Shown piece after piece: positions 25,046 to 29,174 of a stretch of 29,174 nucleotides of DNA. Below the pieces are notes generated by a model. The model searched no databases and had not been told where the DNA came from. It worked only from the letters and a program-made list of their open reading frames with translations. The translations under genes were made by a program, and so were the position numbers. Source of the stretch: a virus (taxonomy: Duplodnaviria > Caudoviricetes); the IMG/VR virus record IMGVR_UViG_3300024187_000020, positions 1 through 29,174 of that record; one strand, 5' to 3'. Each line of letters starts with the position of its first letter. The first letter of the stretch is position 1.

Positions 25046-26142
25046 AGGTCTGGTTCATCGCCTCGCTTGACGGCGGCGGACGGCTCCGATCCGAGTGGCC
25101 AGCCGAAGGACTATGTGCTCGCGGTTGGGATGCGAAAGTCGCCGAGGCGCGGTGGGTCGACGGCCATCTTGAAGGGCGCTGGCCGAGCGATCTGCCCATC
25201 GGGAGCCTCGTCATCATGCACCGTCCGATGGCGCGCGACTCCCTGCGGTGGATCGAGGCCTACCAGTCGGTCGGATGTCGCGTAGTGGTCGATGAGGACG
25301 ACGACATGTCGTGCGTCCCCCGCGCGAACCTCCACCAGCCGACCCCGGAGATGCTCCGCTCGCACGACGCAGCGATCCGCGCGGCCGACGGCCTGATCGT
25401 GACGACGCCGCGACTCCAGGAGGTCTATGGACCGCTGGCGCGCCGCTCCTGGGTCGTGCCGAACCTCATGGCCGAATGGGTCTACGACATCCGCCCGACC
25501 ATCATCCGCCGCGACCTCGGCATCGTTCGCGTGGGTTGGGCGGGGGTGCCCAGCGTCCACGCCCACGATCTCAACTGGCTCCGGCCCGGCAGTGAGCAAG
25601 GATTCGCCGGGGCGACGCTCTCAACGGTCGGCGACATGTCCTCGCCGAAGTTCCTGGGCTGGCTGGGGCCGATGGAGCGCTTCGGCTGGCAGTCCTCGCC
25701 CGAGATCTTCTACCGCCTCATGGCCCGGGCGGACATCGGGATCGTGCCGCTCGACAACGGCGAGAACCTCGCGTTCAACACGGCGAAGTCGCACCTGAAG
25801 GCGCTCGAATACGCCGCCCTCGGTAAGCCCGTCGTCGCCACGCGGCTCCCCGAGCAGGCGAACATCGTGATCGACGGCGAAACTGGCTTTCTGGCCGACG
25901 ATCCGCTCACCTTCGCCGCCCGCGTTCGTCAGCTCGTCGGTGATCCAGACCTGCGCGAGCGGATGGGCGCCGCCGCGCGGAGGCAGGCCGAGAAGTTTTC
26001 GATACCGGCCGGCATCGGCCGCTGGGAGGAGATCCTGCGTGCTTTCAGCCCGCCAAAGCGTCGTCGTGAACCTCAAGTCCGGCGAGGCCGTCCAAGGCGT
26101 TCTGTGGCGCCGGGGACCGCGGTACTGGACCGTGCGGGCTGA
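25042..26142 (+). CDS. Glycosyltransferase, GT-B fold (GT4-like)
   Basis: VVVDEDD; VGWAG; ADIGIVPL..FNTAKSHLKALEYAALGKPVVAT; DGETGFLA; LRERMGAAAR. Confidence 0.9.
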   Translation: MKVWFIASLDGGGRLRSEWPAEGLCARGWDAKVAEARWVDGHLEGRWPSDLPIGSLVIMHRPMARDSLRWIEAYQSVGCRVVVDEDDDMSCVPRANLHQPTPEMLRSHDAAIRAADGLIVTTPRLQEVYGPLARRSWVVPNLMAEWVYDIRPTIIRRDLGIVRVGWAGVPSVHAHDLNWLRPGSEQGFAGATLSTVGDMSSPKFLGWLGPMERFGWQSSPEIFYRLMARADIGIVPLDNGENLAFNTAKSHLKALEYAALGKPVVATRLPEQANIVIDGETGFLADDPLTFAARVRQLVGDPDLRERMGAAARRQAEKFSIPAGIGRWEEILRAFSPPKRRREPQVRRGRPRRSVAPGTAVLDRAG

Positions 26143-26275
26143 GGCGGGCAGGCGCATCGTCGTCATCACGGAGGCCGGACAGACCCTTCCGATGGACGGC
26201 GAGGCCGTGATCCCGCGCTCGAACGTCTCGTTCGTCCAGGTGCTCCCCGCGGTACGTTCGGAGAGCGAGGCGTAG
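26039..26275 (+). CDS. Small Sm/LSm-fold-like protein upstream of portal
   Basis: RBS GGGAGGAG 7 nt before GTG 26039; VVVNLKSGEAVQGVL...GEAVIPRSNVSFVQV; stop abuts the portal ATG. Confidence 0.7.
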   Translation: MLSARQSVVVNLKSGEAVQGVLWRRGPRYWTVRAEAGRRIVVITEAGQTLPMDGEAVIPRSNVSFVQVLPAVRSESEA

Positions 26276-27805
26276 ATGGTCGCGGTCATCTCCGAAGGGG
26301 CCCTTACCCAGGCCGACTCCGTCACCGGCTACGCGAACTGGTACGCGGCGACCACCGGATCGCTCGACCTCTACACATCGAACCTGGACTACGCGAGCAT
26401 CTACCGAACCCAGCCGGCCGTGCGTCGCGTGCTGAGCTTCACCGCCCGCAACATCGCCCAGCTCGGCATCCATGTCTTCCGCCGGCTGTCCGACATCGAC
26501 CGGGCGCGCCTCGGGGACCATGCGCTCAGCAGGATGCTCCGGAACCCGGACCCCACGCGGAAGGTCACCACCTACCGGCTGCTCGACGACTTGGTGCAGG
26601 ACCGGGGGATCTACGGCCACTCGTACTTCGCGAAGGTGACCGCGCCCGGGGACTCCGAGCCGTCCGCGCTCGTTCGCCTGATGCCGTGGCGCATGGTCCC
26701 GGTCGGATCGCTGACGAAGGTGAACTTCTACCGCTACGTCGGCACCGCGGGATTCATTGATTTTCCGCCCGACCAGATCGTCGTCTTCCGCTATTACAAC
26801 CCGACCGACGGACGGGTGGGCATCTCACCGCTGGAGACCTTGCGCCAGGTGCTTGCCGAGGACACGGCGGCCAGCGACTACCGCGAGCGCTTCTGGCGCA
26901 AGGGCGCGAAGCTCGCCGGCTACATCACTAGGCCGCGCGAGGCCGGCAAGTGGGGCGACGCCGCTCGTGAGCGGTTCCTGGCCGACTGGCACGCGCAGAA
27001 CGCTGGCAGCGGCCCGAACGTGGGCGGAACCGCGGTGCTCGAGGACGGGATGACGTACACGCCTGGCGCGTCGTCCTTCCGCGACGCCCAGTACCTTGAG
27101 GCCCGCAAGCTGACGCTCGAGGAAGCCGCCGGCGCGTTCCACGTGCCGCCTCCGATGGTCGGGATCCTGGACAACGCGAACTACTCCAATGCCGTGCTGT
27201 TCCACCAGATGCTCTATCAGGACTGCTTGGGCCCAGACCTGGAGATGATCCAGCAGGAGATCGAGGCGCAGCTGCTCCCGGACTTCGTCGACACGACCGA
27301 CGTGTACGTCGAGTTCAACATCGCGGACAAGCTCAAGGGCTCGTTCGAGGAGCAGGCGGCGGCGATGTCGCTGGCCGTCGGTGGCCCGTGGATGGTGCGC
27401 GCTGAGGCTCGCGCACGGCAGAACCTCGCCCCATTCGATGATCCGGCGGAGCAGGCCCAGGCCGAACGGCTCATCACGCCCATGAACGTCACCGTAGGTG
27501 GGCAGGCGGCGCCGAACGCGCCTCAGCCCGGTAAGGCCGAGGTCGTGATCCAAGGGGTCCGTGCCCGGCAGGAACGGTCGATCATCTCGAAGGCCGGCGC
27601 TCTTGACGCCCCGACGATCGACGCCGTCTGGCACGGTTCGAGATGGGATACCGACCTCGCGCTGGCGCTCGCCGGCATCGTGGACGACCCCGCCCGCAAG
27701 GCTGTCGAGATCAATGCCGAGACCAAGCGGGCGGTGGCTGCCGCCCTCTCCAATTCCGAGCCGCTCGCCGCCCTGCGAGCCGCGTTCAGGAGGCTGACGT
27801 CATGA
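26276..27805 (+). CDS. Portal protein, HK97 family, with C-terminal extension
   Basis: IAQL; GISPLETLR; AVLEDGMTY; DAQYLEARK; FHVPPPMVG; ANYSN; EARARQNL. Confidence 0.95.
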   Translation: MVAVISEGALTQADSVTGYANWYAATTGSLDLYTSNLDYASIYRTQPAVRRVLSFTARNIAQLGIHVFRRLSDIDRARLGDHALSRMLRNPDPTRKVTTYRLLDDLVQDRGIYGHSYFAKVTAPGDSEPSALVRLMPWRMVPVGSLTKVNFYRYVGTAGFIDFPPDQIVVFRYYNPTDGRVGISPLETLRQVLAEDTAASDYRERFWRKGAKLAGYITRPREAGKWGDAARERFLADWHAQNAGSGPNVGGTAVLEDGMTYTPGASSFRDAQYLEARKLTLEEAAGAFHVPPPMVGILDNANYSNAVLFHQMLYQDCLGPDLEMIQQEIEAQLLPDFVDTTDVYVEFNIADKLKGSFEEQAAAMSLAVGGPWMVRAEARARQNLAPFDDPAEQAQAERLITPMNVTVGGQAAPNAPQPGKAEVVIQGVRARQERSIISKAGALDAPTIDAVWHGSRWDTDLALALAGIVDDPARKAVEINAETKRAVAAALSNSEPLAALRAAFRRLTS

Positions 27806-28779
27806 CGCTCACGAAGACCTACGACGCGCACTTCAAGGCGCTCGATGAGAAGGCCGGGACGTTCGAGGCGCTCGTGAGCGTCTTCGGGAACGTCGACCAC
27901 ATCGGGGACCGTGTCATGCCAGGCGCGTTCACGAAGTCGATCGAAGACTGGCGCGCGAAGGGCGACCCCATCCCGATCATCTGGTCGCACCAGTGGAACG
28001 ACCCGAACGCGCACATCGGATCGGCCGACCCGGCCGACGTTGAGCAGACCGCCAAGGGCCTGCTGATCAAGGGCCAGCTCGACCTCGACAATCCGTTCGC
28101 CGCACAGGTGTACCGGCTGATCAAGGACCGTCGGGTCAAGGAGTGGAGCTTCGCCTACGACACGATCGACGAGAAGCGGGCGAAGGATGGGGCGAACAAC
28201 CTGAACGTGCTGGACATCATCGAGGCCGGCCCGACGCTGAAGGGCATGAACGCGGAAACCGAAACGATCACGGTGAAGGCACGCGACGCGAAGGCGTACC
28301 TGTATCTGGACGGCTCGATGGAAGCGCTGCAGGACGAGCTGCTGGAGGCATGCCAGGCGTGGGCCATGCAGTCCGGCTCGCCCGGCTGGGCGTGGCTCGA
28401 AGCCACGTTCACCGACCGGGTCGTGTTCGGTGTGGAGACCTACTCCGCTGGCACGTGGGATGAGACCTACTACGAAGCCACCTACACCGTGGGCGATGAC
28501 GGTGACCCCGTCCTGGGCGATGTGACGGAGGTCGAGCTGTCGGCCACCACCGTTCCCGTGACGAAGGGCCGCAGCCGCAAGCGCCGCGGCTCGAAGGCGG
28601 GCCGGGTCCTGTCCGCCGCAAACGAATCTGACCTCCAGTCAGCGCACGACCTGATCGGAGGCGTACTCGCACAGGTCGCCGACGACGCGGCGAAGACCGA
28701 CGAACCCTCCGGGGTGAAGGCCGACGAGCTGCGCGCATCGGTCGCCCTGTTCGACGCGGAGCTCGCATCGCTGCTGTAA
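27802..28779 (+). CDS. Prohead maturation protease, HK97 family, with C-terminal extension
   Basis: GTFEALVSVFGNVD..GD...PGAF; WSHQW; EWSFAY; EAGPTLKGMN; KAGRVLSAAN. RBS AGGAGG and ATGA overlap give start 27802. Confidence 0.92.
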   Translation: MTLTKTYDAHFKALDEKAGTFEALVSVFGNVDHIGDRVMPGAFTKSIEDWRAKGDPIPIIWSHQWNDPNAHIGSADPADVEQTAKGLLIKGQLDLDNPFAAQVYRLIKDRRVKEWSFAYDTIDEKRAKDGANNLNVLDIIEAGPTLKGMNAETETITVKARDAKAYLYLDGSMEALQDELLEACQAWAMQSGSPGWAWLEATFTDRVVFGVETYSAGTWDETYYEATYTVGDDGDPVLGDVTEVELSATTVPVTKGRSRKRRGSKAGRVLSAANESDLQSAHDLIGGVLAQVADDAAKTDEPSGVKADELRASVALFDAELASLL

Positions 28780-28846
28780 CGAGCCGCACCGCGTGGCCCC
28801 ACAGGGGTCAAAAACCGACCGGCAGCAGAATCGAGGCACACCCCAC

Positions 28847-29174
28847 ATGGGTGCCACCACGCTCGAAGACCTGCGAGGCCAGCTGGCCGCACAGGTGAAC
28901 CTCGGCGGAGAGCTGAAGGCCGCCGCGCAGGACCGGGAGTTCACCCCGGAAGAGACCGCGAAGGCGAACGGCGTGCTCACCGAGGTCAAGCGCCTCAAGG
29001 GTGAGATCGACGCGGCCGCGAAGGCCGAGGGTCTCCGTTCCGCGATCGACGCGCTCGACATCGTCACCGACGACGACGGGCCGATCACCGAGGCCGACGT
29101 CAAGGCGCTGAACGAGCGCATGGCGAAGGTGCCGGCGGGAGGGTTGGGGCGGCAGAAGAGCTGGGGCGAGCAGT
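28847..29174 (+). CDS. Major capsid protein, N-terminal delta (scaffold) domain; 3' end outside window
   Basis: Open to window end: MGATTLEDLRGQL...REFTPEE...coiled coil...KSWGEQ; follows the protease. Confidence 0.8.
   Translation, partial: MGATTLEDLRGQLAAQVNLGGELKAAAQDREFTPEETAKANGVLTEVKRLKGEIDAAAKAEGLRSAIDALDIVTDDDGPITEADVKALNERMAKVPAGGLGRQKSWGEQ

Noticed and set aside
28795-28814. Hairpin TGGCCCC-ACA-GGGGTCA followed by an A-run before the capsid gene
   Set aside because: No U-tract on the coding strand; at most an mRNA-stabilising or antisense-terminating hairpin, too weak to call.
251-29121. Many long alternative-frame and antisense ORFs (e.g. 1050-2474 -, 9865-11217 -, 11986-13329 -, 21715-22980 -)
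   Set aside because: Arg/Pro/Ala-rich shadows of real genes, expected in high-GC DNA; no motifs or RBS.
1-29174. CRISPR array, DGR/retron, IS element, intron or intein
   Set aside because: No spaced repeats, reverse transcriptase, transposase or intein motifs seen; TerL and portal have normal lengths.

Overview
This is a 29 kb stretch of a high-GC temperate tailed phage. The host is probably Actinomycetota, inferred from gene content, leaderless-type promoters and codon style. No host genes, tRNA, rRNA or CRISPR were recognised. Gene order: end of tail module (1-2978); lysis cassette with GH25 endolysin and holin-like proteins (3023-5093); terminator; endonuclease VII moron; a leftward lipoprotein, short tyrosine integrase and repressor block (5646-7342); divergent promoter and Cro; a long translationally coupled early operon (7453-21859); probable late promoter; packaging HNH; probable cos region; P27-type TerS; TerL; an inserted methyltransferase + glycosyltransferase pair; Sm-fold mini-gene; HK97-type portal, prohead protease and the start of the major capsid gene. 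The early operon holds DUF1508, an HNH nuclease, Bet/RecT, a J-domain protein, DUF5131, a replication initiator with internal iteron-like repeats, two broken DNA methyltransferases, a RuvC-like resolvase, a nucleotidyltransferase, a MazG-like protein and many small Cys-rich proteins. Most notable: (1) TerL keeps its ATPase motifs but has lost most conserved acidic residues of the nuclease domain; (2) the int/rep layout resembles integration-dependent immunity; (3) a DNA methyltransferase is switched off by one extra G in a G10 tract; (4) a glycosylation cassette sits inside the head operon. All family calls come from motif recognition by eye, not database searches.
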